A DNA stretch of 64,000 nucleotides from a bacterium (GCA_043810165.1 JBDROJ010000023.1:4675-68674), one strand, 5' to 3'; numbered from the stretch's first letter, positions 54,289 to 63,746 are shown. Numbers and translations: made by a program. The notes: a model not told the origin generated them from the letters alone.

Positions 54289-55329
54289 TTATGTTTGGTT
54301 TTTTTTAATTGACTTAATTTTTTCTTTGTACTTTTGCGCTTGATCTATTATTTTTTTGGCCACGCTGATTGTATATGCCGGACGTTTGCCCACGGCCGTT
54401 TCATGGCAGAGCATAATAGCGCTAGCTCCATCTAGTACTATATTGGTAAGATCAGCTATTTCAGCCCTATAAGGAATAAGGTCATTCATTGAACTCTCCA
54501 ATATATGAGTGGATACTATTACCGGCTTGCGATATTTGAGAGCGATTCTGGTAATTTGTTTTTGCAGAATACAGTTTTTTTCAAAAGCGGTATTAACTCC
54601 CATTTCTCCTCTGTCAAGCATGATGATGTCATAAAATGGATCTTGGCATAGGTCTTTTAATTCTTCTAAACTTATCAGTCTTTCAATTTTTGCGACTATT
54701 TTTGTTTTTTGGTTCTTAATATATGGAATTTGCTTTATTTTTTCTTTAAAGTCAGAATCAATATATGATAAGGCTATGTAATCCGGATTGACGATCTGCG
54801 TTTTTTCTATTATTTCTCTATATCGTGTCAAAGTTTGTTCTTTACCAGGCAACCAATTCATGTTTAATGTTCTAGTATAGCGTATGTATCCGTTATTAAG
54901 CACCTTGGCTTTTATGGTTTGAGGATCAATAATTTCCTTTACTTGTGTTAATATTTCTCCATCTCCGATGGTAATAGTTTGTCCTTGTTGTACTTTATCA
55001 TCCAGGCGATCGGTGTTAACCGGTATATATTGGTTGCAGTCTGTACTAAAGCTGGCGCATTTAAAGACCACTTCCTGGCCTTCTTTTACTGGAAAGAATT
55101 TTATATCAAAATCACCCAGGCGTATTTTATTTAAAGGCATGTCAATCAATATCTTTACTGAAGAATTTAGATCTTCTATTGCTCTGCGTCCAGTTTGAAT
55201 ATGCGCAATATTTTCTTCAGTAGTACGATAAGAGAAATTATAGCGAAGAACCCTTGCTCCAGCCAGGATTATTTTTTTTATCACGCTTTTTTCAAATGAA
55301 TTTAAGCCTATGGCAGCGATTATTTCCAT
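54289..55329 (-). CDS. pyk: pyruvate kinase-like protein (barrel and lid domains; no C-terminal allosteric domain)
   Basis: IIAAIGLNS...LRYNFSYRT, MLDRGEMGV, VIVSTHILESM and DGASAIMLCHETAVGKRP parallel pyruvate kinase core motifs. Confidence 0.65.
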   Translation of the reverse strand: MEIIAAIGLNSFEKSVIKKIILAGARVLRYNFSYRTTEENIAHIQTGRRAIEDLNSSVKILIDMPLNKIRLGDFDIKFFPVKEGQEVVFKCASFSTDCNQYIPVNTDRLDDKVQQGQTITIGDGEILTQVKEIIDPQTIKAKVLNNGYIRYTRTLNMNWLPGKEQTLTRYREIIEKTQIVNPDYIALSYIDSDFKEKIKQIPYIKNQKTKIVAKIERLISLEELKDLCQDPFYDIIMLDRGEMGVNTAFEKNCILQKQITRIALKYRKPVIVSTHILESSMNDLIPYRAEIADLTNIVLDGASAIMLCHETAVGKRPAYTISVAKKIIDQAQKYKEKIKSIKKNQT

Positions 55330-55374
55330 ATTTGATTTAGGTACAAATACGCCCCGGTTCCCCAGGGCGTAAGT

Positions 55375-56052
55375 TTAGTTGGTTGTTAATTTGATGGCTG
55401 GTCCCATTGAGGAGCACATGTACATATTTTTTATGTAAGTTCCTTTGGTTCCGGACGGCTTGGCTTTTTTTAGAGCTTTGTAGAACTCTTCAAAGTTTTC
55501 CATTAGTTGTTGCTCTGTAAAACTTGCTTTGCCGATTGATTGGTGTATATTGGCCGTATCATCATTTTTAAAATTGACCTTGCCTTTTTTTAGTTCTTCT
55601 ATCATTTGTTTGACATTGGGCCCAACCGTTTCTGTTTTGGCATTAGGCATTAATCCGCGCGGTCCCAGAATTTTGGCTATTTGCGCCAGTTTTGGCATCA
55701 TATCTGGGGTAGTTACGGCGACTTCAAAATCAATTTTGCCGGTTTCTTTTATCTTTTTGATGTCTTCTTCATCATAAATAAAGTCAGCGCCAGCCTGTTT
55801 TGCTTCTTCGGCTTTGTTAGATGGCACAAAAGCGGCCACTGTTTTGGTTTTACCGGTTCCGTGTGGCAATACTACTGTACTGCGTACCAATTGGTCTGTT
55901 TTTTTAGGGTTAATTCCCAATCTAACATGTATCTCTATGCTAGCATCAAATTTGACATCAGATGTTTCTTTGGCTAATTTGACAGCTTCTTCCAGGCCAT
56001 AAGTCTGGTCTTTGTCTATTTTTGCCCTAAGGGCGTTCATTCTCTTTGACAT
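55375..56052 (-). CDS. rplA: 50S ribosomal protein L1
   Basis: Typical L1 sequence throughout. A GC hairpin terminator lies downstream at 55336-55368. Confidence 0.92.
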   Translation of the reverse strand: MSKRMNALRAKIDKDQTYGLEEAVKLAKETSDVKFDASIEIHVRLGINPKKTDQLVRSTVVLPHGTGKTKTVAAFVPSNKAEEAKQAGADFIYDEEDIKKIKETGKIDFEVAVTTPDMMPKLAQIAKILGPRGLMPNAKTETVGPNVKQMIEELKKGKVNFKNDDTANIHQSIGKASFTEQQLMENFEEFYKALKKAKPSGTKGTYIKNMYMCSSMGPAIKLTTN

Positions 56053-56125
56053 ATTAATTATAGTTAGTGGTGCAAACTCCTGAATGGATCAGGATCCCAC
56101 TTTAATGCTATTTTAGCGGATTGTT

Positions 56126-56154
56126 ATTATATGATAAATTCATTAAATTGTCAA
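56126..56154 (-). promoter_or_regulatory. consensus sigma70 promoter TTGACA - 17 nt - TATAAT for rplA
   Basis: -35 is the reverse complement of 56149-56154; -10 of 56126-56131. Confidence 0.55.
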
Positions 56155-57482
56155 TAGATTTCCAGGTATTTTTTTTTCTCCCAATCGGTTACTGCAGTAC
56201 GGAATTCATTCCATTCTTGCATTTTAATATGGTAGTATTTGGCAAAGGTTTGTTCGCCCAATACATCCCGAATAACCTGATTTTTGTATAAAGCCCGTAA
56301 AGCTCCGTATAGGTCAGGTGGGAGAGTTTGAATCTTGCGGTCTCGCATATCTGCGGAGCTCAATTCGTATACATTTTCTTCAATTGGCGTTGGAATCATG
56401 GTCTCGTGTTCAATTCCATCCAACCCAGAGGCTAGCATGACAGCAAAGGCCAAGTAAGGGTTGGCTGAAGGATCTGGACACCGCAGTTCAGCCCTGGTTG
56501 AGTTTGGCTTGTCAGTATTAATTTTTGGTATACGGATAAGAGCCGAGCGGTTGGTGGTTCCCCATGTGATGTATACTGGCGCTTCATAGCCGGCTACTAG
56601 TCTTTTGTATGAATTAATAGTTGGGTTGAGTATGGCATTCATTGCCTTAATATGTTTAAGCTGTCCGGCAATAAATTTTTTGGCAATTTTGCTTAAGCCG
56701 TATTGATCTTCAGGGTTGTGAAAGGCGTTGCCATTGTTTGTGAATAAGCTTTGGTGCACATGCATGCCAGAACCATTAATGCCAAAGAAAGGTTTGGGCA
56801 TAAAAGTTACATGCAGATCATGCTTGTCAGCGATAGTTTTTAAGACATATTTAAAACTAATGGCATTGTCTGCGGTTTTTAAAGGGTTGTCATAGCGAAA
56901 ATCAATTTCATGCTGGCTGTTGGCTACTTCATGATGCAAGGCTTCTACATCAATATCAAGAGCCTGCAAAGCCGAAGACATTTGTTTGCGCAAATCCACG
57001 GCCGATCCGTAAGTCTGATCAAAGTAGCCGGCCGAATCACCTGTAAGAGGCAGAATTTTTCCATTTTCACGTTTGAGAATAAAAAATTCTAATTCGGGTC
57101 CGACAAAATATTCATAGCCCATTTGTTTGGCTCTTTGTATTTGCTTTTTTAAAATATAGCGCGGATCACTGGCATAAGGCTGGCCGTCCGGGCAATACAC
57201 ATCACAAATAAATCTGGCAGTTAAAGACCCGTTATTTTTTGTCCAAGGCAAGACAGCAAAAGTATCCAAATCCAATTTTAAATACATATCGCTTTCTGAA
57301 ATTCTAGCAAAGCCTTCTATTGAAGAACCATCAAACCAAACATGATTTTCCATGGCCGTTTCCAATTTTGTTATGGGGATGGTTATTGCCTTTAATTGCC
57401 CCAGCAAGTCACTAAATTGCAGTTCTATGAATTTAATTTCTTGTTTTTTGCACACCTCTACTATTTTTTGCTTAGTTTGCAT
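56151..57482 (-). CDS. glnA: glutamine synthetase, type I
   Basis: 443 aa. GS beta-grasp and catalytic domain motifs (e.g. NPYLAFAVMLASGLDG). Confidence 0.92.
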   Translation of the reverse strand: MQTKQKIVEVCKKQEIKFIELQFSDLLGQLKAITIPITKLETAMENHVWFDGSSIEGFARISESDMYLKLDLDTFAVLPWTKNNGSLTARFICDVYCPDGQPYASDPRYILKKQIQRAKQMGYEYFVGPELEFFILKRENGKILPLTGDSAGYFDQTYGSAVDLRKQMSSALQALDIDVEALHHEVANSQHEIDFRYDNPLKTADNAISFKYVLKTIADKHDLHVTFMPKPFFGINGSGMHVHQSLFTNNGNAFHNPEDQYGLSKIAKKFIAGQLKHIKAMNAILNPTINSYKRLVAGYEAPVYITWGTTNRSALIRIPKINTDKPNSTRAELRCPDPSANPYLAFAVMLASGLDGIEHETMIPTPIEENVYELSSADMRDRKIQTLPPDLYGALRALYKNQVIRDVLGEQTFAKYYHIKMQEWNEFRTAVTDWEKKKYLEIY

Positions 57483-57585
57483 AGGTTTAACGGTTATTAA
57501 TAACTGGGTTATTATAGTATGTTTTTATGCTCTTGTAAAATCATTGTCAATTGAGGTATAATAACAACTAATTAATCATAATAAC

Positions 57586-58365
57586 ATGCAAGATCTTAAT
57601 CATTTTCAACCTTACACTCAAACCAGGAAAATGCCTGTGTTTCTCTATATGATATTAATAGTGGTTTTAGGTATTTTAGTGGCTGGCGGAGTAGAGTATT
57701 TTTCTCAATTAAAGAAAGTGGATAATTTGAACGCCCAAGTGGCAGAAATGGACAAAACCATTCAGAATTTGAAAAAAACCGATGTCCAAATTGTAAATCA
57801 GGTTAATCAAATTGCCAATAGTCAAGTAGAGAAAAAGCCAACTAATACTAATAAGCCCATAATAGAAGATCCATTTAAGGATTTTCCGATTGTAAAACAA
57901 GATTTTACCATGCCGTCTGCTGAAGATTTTTTTTCCAGTTATGGCACGGTTGATGTAATAGGCTATTTATTGGTGGAGAGGCGAATATGCAAGCCAGGCG
58001 ATATGTGTGGTAAAGCAATAGATCACGCTTCTTTGGTGCTTACAGAAAATCCTAGTAGTACGGATTTTATTGCTTTTATAGCCATGGATAAAAAAGACAA
58101 AACATCTGTTATAGGTGAAAAAATTGGATTGGGTTGTTATGAAAAAGATGATAATAGGATTTTTTCATATAATTTTGGGACAAGCACTGCAAGTACAAGT
58201 ACTGATGGTTCGGTAGAGAATATTATTCAAGGAGTTAGTTTTATTAAATTAATTAATAGCAGTGAGGAACAGCCAGTTAAATTAAGAATAACCAAGCCTA
58301 AGCCAGCCTTGGGCAGAGTTGCGCCTGATTGTTATTCATTTTTTAGATATTTTAAGATCTATTAG
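57586..58365 (+). CDS. membrane-anchored hypothetical protein (single N-terminal TM, coiled-coil, Cys-containing C-terminal domain)
   Basis: Track ORF. TM helix PVFLYMILIVVLGILVAGGV. A TTGTAA - 17 nt - TATAAT promoter lies upstream. Confidence 0.5.
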   Translation: MQDLNHFQPYTQTRKMPVFLYMILIVVLGILVAGGVEYFSQLKKVDNLNAQVAEMDKTIQNLKKTDVQIVNQVNQIANSQVEKKPTNTNKPIIEDPFKDFPIVKQDFTMPSAEDFFSSYGTVDVIGYLLVERRICKPGDMCGKAIDHASLVLTENPSSTDFIAFIAMDKKDKTSVIGEKIGLGCYEKDDNRIFSYNFGTSTASTSTDGSVENIIQGVSFIKLINSSEEQPVKLRITKPKPALGRVAPDCYSFFRYFKIY

Positions 58366-58507
58366 ATAGTTCAAGTAATTTAAGAATCATCTTTGTATAG
58401 AGGTGGTTTTTTAATTTTGATAAAGAGCATTGATTTATTAGTATAAGTATGCTTAAATTAATGAGGATAGTTTTCAACCACTATTGTGTATACAAGGAGG
58501 GCTGACA

Positions 58508-58975
58508 ATGTTGAGGGCAGATATTGCTGTTGGTTGGCTGTTGGAAAATTTGGGCAAGCTAAAGGACCTACCAGATCCGGTAACAGCCTATCGGCATCAA
58601 GGGAGCGTGATCTGGGTCAAGCCGGCCGAGCATGCGGCATGGGTCGTTTGTTTGGATACCAAATACAGACGATGGCAGATCAGGGGCATATCCCAAGGAA
58701 ACGGAGGATCTGTTCCGTTGGAGGTGAAAGGATTCATCAAGATTCTCTGTCGGAGGCAGGATCGTATCGCAGAGCAGATACAACTTCGGGCTGGGCAAAA
58801 AGGCAGATTGGTTTGGCAAGAGCGAGCTGAAGATGGACAGATCGTAAAAAAGTGTGGAAGTACGACTTTTGAGGTGGTGGCCACGGTCGATTCTAATCCG
58901 GACCATCCATATCAGATCTTGTTTCCGGATGGTATCAAGGCCTGGGTCAACCAGGCGCAGGTAGTGCCTGCCTGA
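58508..58975 (+). CDS. hypothetical protein (155 aa), GC-rich island C, canonical SD
   Basis: AAGGAGGG 7 nt before the ATG at 58508 (track ORF 58484 trimmed). Overlapping minus-strand ORFs rejected. Confidence 0.4.
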   Translation: MLRADIAVGWLLENLGKLKDLPDPVTAYRHQGSVIWVKPAEHAAWVVCLDTKYRRWQIRGISQGNGGSVPLEVKGFIKILCRRQDRIAEQIQLRAGQKGRLVWQERAEDGQIVKKCGSTTFEVVATVDSNPDHPYQILFPDGIKAWVNQAQVVPA

Positions 58976-59017
58976 TATCTAAAACCATAACAAGTAGAAC
59001 AAGTGGCGAGCCAGTAG

Positions 59018-59117
59018 CTTCAGCTCTCCACTTCTGATGGTTGTTAAGAATAGCAATCACCAGAAGAGAGCTGAAGTTGTAATTAAAAAATACCGATTAT
59101 GTCGGTATTTTTTTTGT
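59018..59117 (+). terminator. long interrupted hairpin (cttcagctctc...gagagctgaag, ~16 bp) followed by the intrinsic terminator aataccga-ttat-tcggtatt + T9
   Basis: Read directly from the sequence, downstream of 58508..58975. Confidence 0.55.
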
Positions 59118-59284
59118 TTATCAACTCTAATGATAGTATAGATAAAATTTTTTAACTAAGATAATCATTCTTGCTTGTAAACAGGCTAGGAATTGGATGA
59201 TCTCCAGGGGATGGACACCTACCCACTGGCAGGTGTCACAGACTTATTAATTGTACAACCTTGATTTTATTAAATATATAACGA

Positions 59285-61990
59285 CTAAAATTGTATAGTA
59301 CCTATAGTTTCTAGCATCTGTACTCCGTTTCCAGAGTTATCAAGTTCCTCAATTATTGTAGTCTCTACAGGATCTTCAAAAGTTAAAGCTTCAAAAACCC
59401 CTTTTAATATATTCATCACACCCGGGTCAGTGTCAACCCAAGATGTATTTTTAAGAGCTATATCGGCTAAATTTGTGTAATCTAATTTTTTACCATATAA
59501 ATCAGAAACCACATTGCGTGAATGACTGACATAGTTTGTTTTACCAGGATAAATACCACATAAGTGAGGAGCGCCCAATTTGATAGATAATACCTTCCCG
59601 CTATCATCTAAACTAACCATGGTGTCAAAAGTTTTGTAATATCTTAAATTTGCATATTGATTATTATCAGTTAGTACTGCTGGCAAATCACCTACACCCC
59701 AAATATTTATCCTATTCAAACTACTTGGATCACCATAATTATCACCTAACCCAAGAGTAAATAATCCATTCACGGCAGAGCCCTGCACCGTTCCTTTGAC
59801 CGGAGTACTTCCACCAGAACAGGCATTAATATTTACCGAACCTGAACCCGGAGTTAGGCTACTATGTATTGTGGCTGGATCAATCCTCTTATCAAAAGTT
59901 ATATAAATTTTTTCTTCTTGAGTTAATCTATATCGTCCAGTCAAACTGAAGCCACCTTCTTTAAAATAGACGATACTTTTAACTTTTGGTTGAACATTAT
60001 AATATGAACCCAAGCTAGTACCAGCATTGAATTTCAAAATCACACCATCTAATGGTCTGTTGTTTAATGTATCGGTAACTTCATTCTCTAACCAACTAAT
60101 ATCTATCTTTGTATCGGAATCTTGCCAAACAAATCCATTGTCACTTCCAAAACCAGCGTAATCTATGCTAGCCAACATATTACTGCTAAAATTATTAAAA
60201 CCAACATCTGCATAAACATAGAAATACGCGGTTTTTCCTTCATCAAGTAAATTTAGACCGTTCTCGGTAGTAAAATAACATCTCCACTTGTGTTGTTGAG
60301 TAGTAACATAACCTAGGCTAGAACAATCACTTGATGGAGCCGGTGTATAAGTAGTGGGAGAAACTAATTTTAAGTTGTCTATAATAGCACCACCCAGATC
60401 AAAGCTAATATCAATGTATTTTAAAGTTAGATTATTATTAGCTACATCTTCAGAATTGTTTTGCGCTTGAATTTTGAAACTAAACAATTCAATATTCTCT
60501 CCACCGTTTAGGTTTTCTGCATTTATTTTTAAATTACCACCCCAGTTACTTGAGTACCAATTTGATTTATTAACCAAACTAAGTTTGGGTTTGGTATCAA
60601 CTACCTGAATTTTTGTTTTTATGGCTAAAGTATCCACAGTTGGTTTTTTACCTGTGCTGGCTCCTTTGGCAGTTAAACTAGCTAATTTTAATTCAAGTTT
60701 ACGACCAACCGGAGAAGTAGAATGGGTAGGTAGATTTAGATCTGTACCAATTTTTGTTTTTAAAGTTATAATAACTGTTTCACCTTGCGGTATTTTAATT
60801 ATATAATTGTTATCTGACCAAGTAGCTTCAGCATACAACAACGCTTCTTTGAATGTAGATTTACCAGCTGTTTTGTTGTCACTTAAAAGTTCAACTGATT
60901 TAATTAATGAGTTTCCCACACTATAATGTATACCACCTTGCATTTCACTATCTAAATAGGTTGCTTGAAATTTGAGATCGGTAATATATATGTCTTCTCG
61001 TTCCGAAGCGGTGGCTTTGAAGACCAAGACATCTCGTTCAGAACCTGTCAAAACTTGTTTATCATATGTTTTTATATAATCTAATTTTAAGTCTAAAGTG
61101 GTAGGAATTTGTTGGGTTGTATTAGGGTCGGTAGTTGGCTCTGAATTTGTTTCGTCTAGTTCTGCTTCTTCTTCAGCAACAGATGGGATATTCGGAGCAT
61201 TATCAATCTGCTCCATTTCTACCTCTATAGATAATTGAGCGTATTCAATTAATTCTTGGGATTGCCTCTTTACTTCTTCCTCTAATATCTTCATATTTTT
61301 AATCATTTCCATTTCCATTTCATGTACATACACCTCTTTTAGTCCGTTCTCTTTAAAACCTTCTTCAGTAATTTCGCTAAGAGTTTTATCTGAATTCACT
61401 ACATACTTTTTTTCCTTTACTTCTACCACCATTCCTGGATGTGGGTCTGGATTTTTGCCTGTAATCTCCGGAGCTGTATTATAGTAATTCAACATAGATG
61501 GTAATGAAATCTCACGTAAGGGAAAATTCTTTCCATACAAATTTTCAGCTGCTTCTTTGGTGATTAGTGCTTTGGTATTGTCGGGTAAAACTGCATAAAG
61601 TTCTTCACTTCCACGTGTTTTTATTATACCAGACCCAGCGCGACGATTTATATAAACTGGAAATTTATTGGCTACTTGAAAACTAGCCAAACAATCAGCT
61701 GTAACTAACTTAAAATGATTGTCATAATCATTATCTGTATGCCATGTTTTGAAATCATCGCCGTCTAAATATGGGCGTATCTTATTATCACTACCCACGT
61801 TCCAAATAGCTCGAGAATTCCAGTTATTTGATTTAATATTATCGCCTTTATTGACCGTGCTACACTCCACTGGTTTTTTTTGCGAGTCTTCTTCGGCCGA
61901 AGCGTTTGGTATATAACCAGTAGGTGAAAAACTTAATGAGGCAACAAGCGCAAAAATTGCGCAAAATCCTAGAATTATTTTTTTCTTCAT
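59285..61990 (-). CDS. large secreted protein (901 aa) with signal peptide, hypothetical surface/cell-envelope protein
   Basis: MKKKIILGFCAIFALVASLS signal peptide. Acidic E/M-rich coiled segment, then a beta-rich region. Confidence 0.7.
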   Translation of the reverse strand: MKKKIILGFCAIFALVASLSFSPTGYIPNASAEEDSQKKPVECSTVNKGDNIKSNNWNSRAIWNVGSDNKIRPYLDGDDFKTWHTDNDYDNHFKLVTADCLASFQVANKFPVYINRRAGSGIIKTRGSEELYAVLPDNTKALITKEAAENLYGKNFPLREISLPSMLNYYNTAPEITGKNPDPHPGMVVEVKEKKYVVNSDKTLSEITEEGFKENGLKEVYVHEMEMEMIKNMKILEEEVKRQSQELIEYAQLSIEVEMEQIDNAPNIPSVAEEEAELDETNSEPTTDPNTTQQIPTTLDLKLDYIKTYDKQVLTGSERDVLVFKATASEREDIYITDLKFQATYLDSEMQGGIHYSVGNSLIKSVELLSDNKTAGKSTFKEALLYAEATWSDNNYIIKIPQGETVIITLKTKIGTDLNLPTHSTSPVGRKLELKLASLTAKGASTGKKPTVDTLAIKTKIQVVDTKPKLSLVNKSNWYSSNWGGNLKINAENLNGGENIELFSFKIQAQNNSEDVANNNLTLKYIDISFDLGGAIIDNLKLVSPTTYTPAPSSDCSSLGYVTTQQHKWRCYFTTENGLNLLDEGKTAYFYVYADVGFNNFSSNMLASIDYAGFGSDNGFVWQDSDTKIDISWLENEVTDTLNNRPLDGVILKFNAGTSLGSYYNVQPKVKSIVYFKEGGFSLTGRYRLTQEEKIYITFDKRIDPATIHSSLTPGSGSVNINACSGGSTPVKGTVQGSAVNGLFTLGLGDNYGDPSSLNRINIWGVGDLPAVLTDNNQYANLRYYKTFDTMVSLDDSGKVLSIKLGAPHLCGIYPGKTNYVSHSRNVVSDLYGKKLDYTNLADIALKNTSWVDTDPGVMNILKGVFEALTFEDPVETTIIEELDNSGNGVQMLETIGTIQF

Positions 61991-62026
61991 ATGATTGTTT
62001 TATACCCTAAAAATAGATTAGGGTGT

Positions 62027-62195
62027 TTAAGGCACTGTCGCCAAATACCATTTTGACTAAAAATTACATATTTCGGCCATAATTTCTGAAAAATTTTTTA
62101 GCTTAGCTAAGGCTAAACCGTAAAATTTGTTCAAAAATTCTGGCTCAAAATCTAAAATTTTTATTTCAAAAACGTATTTGGCGACAGTGCCTTAA
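62027..62195. repeat. 169-bp element bounded by perfect 22-bp terminal inverted repeats (ttaaggcactgtcgccaaatac / gtatttggcgacagtgccttaa) with an AT-rich interior
   Basis: Read directly from the sequence. MITE-like architecture. The interior contains a TTGACT - 18 nt - CATAAT promoter-like motif. Confidence 0.6.
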
Positions 62196-62307
62196 TTATT
62201 ATTCTATTATTGTATCACGGAACTGTACAAAGGTAAAATTACAAAACAAAGAGATTGTGGTTTATGAATGTGATTTCGGAAACAAAAATAGATTTGTTTT
62301 AATACAA

Positions 62308-62337
62308 CAAATACCAAGTTCATAAACTTGGTATTTG
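62308..62337. repeat. 13-bp perfect hairpin caaataccaagtt-cataa-aacttggtatttg sharing its 12-mer arms with the outer inverted repeat of the 34575-34760 element
   Basis: aaataccaagtt and aacttggtattt occur at both loci. Could also act as the Fic terminator. Confidence 0.55.
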
Positions 62338-62587
62338 CGTCAATTTAATATATTTATCAATTCCAATTTTTTCGATAAAGTATCTATCATGAGATACAAT
62401 TATTATGGGAATGGGCTGTGATAAAATAGACTTTTCCAATTCTTCTCGAGTACAGCCGATGTTAAATTTTATATGTTATCTTATTCTGTAATAGTTAAGT
62501 CGTTTATAGTTAATGTTGGTACTAATATATGTAGTAAATATTATATCCGATCAGTTTTCAATGGCAAGGGTAGTTTATTCACCATTG

Positions 62588-63655
62588 TTATTTAAAATAA
62601 TTCGCAACCGCAAATTCAATCTGTTCGATAAATATTTTTTTAATATAAGTAATATTATTTTGTTCATAAAATAATAACATAGCTTTCTTATATTCTATAG
62701 CATCAACATTTCTATAAGATAGCATTGGACATTGATTGGCGTGTAGAATAGCATTAGCAATTATACGAGAAGTCCTTTTATTCCCATCTTCAAAAGGTTG
62801 AATATAGGCGATCATAATTAGAAAAACAAAAGCCTTAAGAAAATGATTATTAGTTTTATCTATTTTTTCTGTCAAACAATTAATAGCCTGTTCAATTTTA
62901 TCTTTTTTTGACAATGGCCTGTAAAGAGTCCCTGTAATTCCAACTGAACGATTGCGAAAGTCAGTTTTTATTTCAATTCCTTGAACTAGCGATGAATGAA
63001 TTTCTTTTATTTTACTAATATTAATCTTCTTATTAAAATGGTTAGGTCTTAACAGAATGTAGTCCAAAACTTTTTTATGATTCAATATCATTTGAGCTTC
63101 GGTCTTATTTTTACCTTTGGCAAAAGACATATCTTTAATAAGAAATTCTGTTTCCAATAAAGTATATGTATTGCCTTCTATTTCTGAAGATTTCCATGAC
63201 AAATCAATAACAAGACGCTCCCATTCTTTCTTGAAAATAGTCGAACTTTCTTTTTTTAAAGAATTCACAGTTTTATTATATTTAACTTCAGCTTTTTTGA
63301 GTCTCTCATATTCTTCTTTTGAAAAAACATCCTCTGACAATTGGTTAATTATATCCCTGTCAAAAAAAGGTTTTGCATTTCTTTCACCATGATGAATTGA
63401 AAAATATGTATTCACATCATATTCTTTAATAAGTAAATATTTTTTTGATATTTGATAAGAGACACCACGTCCTTTCCCTTCTTTAGTTAATATTAATTTT
63501 TTAGTTAATAGAGACAAATCTCGAACAATGGTCAATCTTTCAACATCAAATTTGTCTTTTAGATATGCTAAAATATCCTTGGTTTGAAAGGATTTTGTTT
63601 GTTCTGCAAATTTTATTATTTTCTTTTGCCTATTATTTAATTTATCAATATCCAT
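62588..63655 (-). CDS. Fic/DOC-family protein with an N-terminal winged-helix domain
   Basis: Fic motif HPFEDGNKRTSR (matching HPFx[D/E]GNGR). Confidence 0.85.
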   Translation of the reverse strand: MDIDKLNNRQKKIIKFAEQTKSFQTKDILAYLKDKFDVERLTIVRDLSLLTKKLILTKEGKGRGVSYQISKKYLLIKEYDVNTYFSIHHGERNAKPFFDRDIINQLSEDVFSKEEYERLKKAEVKYNKTVNSLKKESSTIFKKEWERLVIDLSWKSSEIEGNTYTLLETEFLIKDMSFAKGKNKTEAQMILNHKKVLDYILLRPNHFNKKINISKIKEIHSSLVQGIEIKTDFRNRSVGITGTLYRPLSKKDKIEQAINCLTEKIDKTNNHFLKAFVFLIMIAYIQPFEDGNKRTSRIIANAILHANQCPMLSYRNVDAIEYKKAMLLFYEQNNITYIKKIFIEQIEFAVANYFK

Positions 63656-63657
63656 AT

Positions 63658-63746
63658 AATTGTATCATATTTGTATTTAATTATGCCGTAATTGTATCAT
63701 ATTCGCAACAAAAAAGCAAGTAATTTGCAATGAAATGATACAATTA
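63658..63746. promoter_or_regulatory. three copies of aattgtatcat (two direct at 63658-63671 and 63690-63703, one inverted at 63734-63746) immediately upstream of the Fic start codon
   Basis: Read directly. The first copy begins 3 bp from the ATG. Each copy contains a -10-like hexamer (tatgat / tacaat on the coding strand). Confidence 0.45.
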
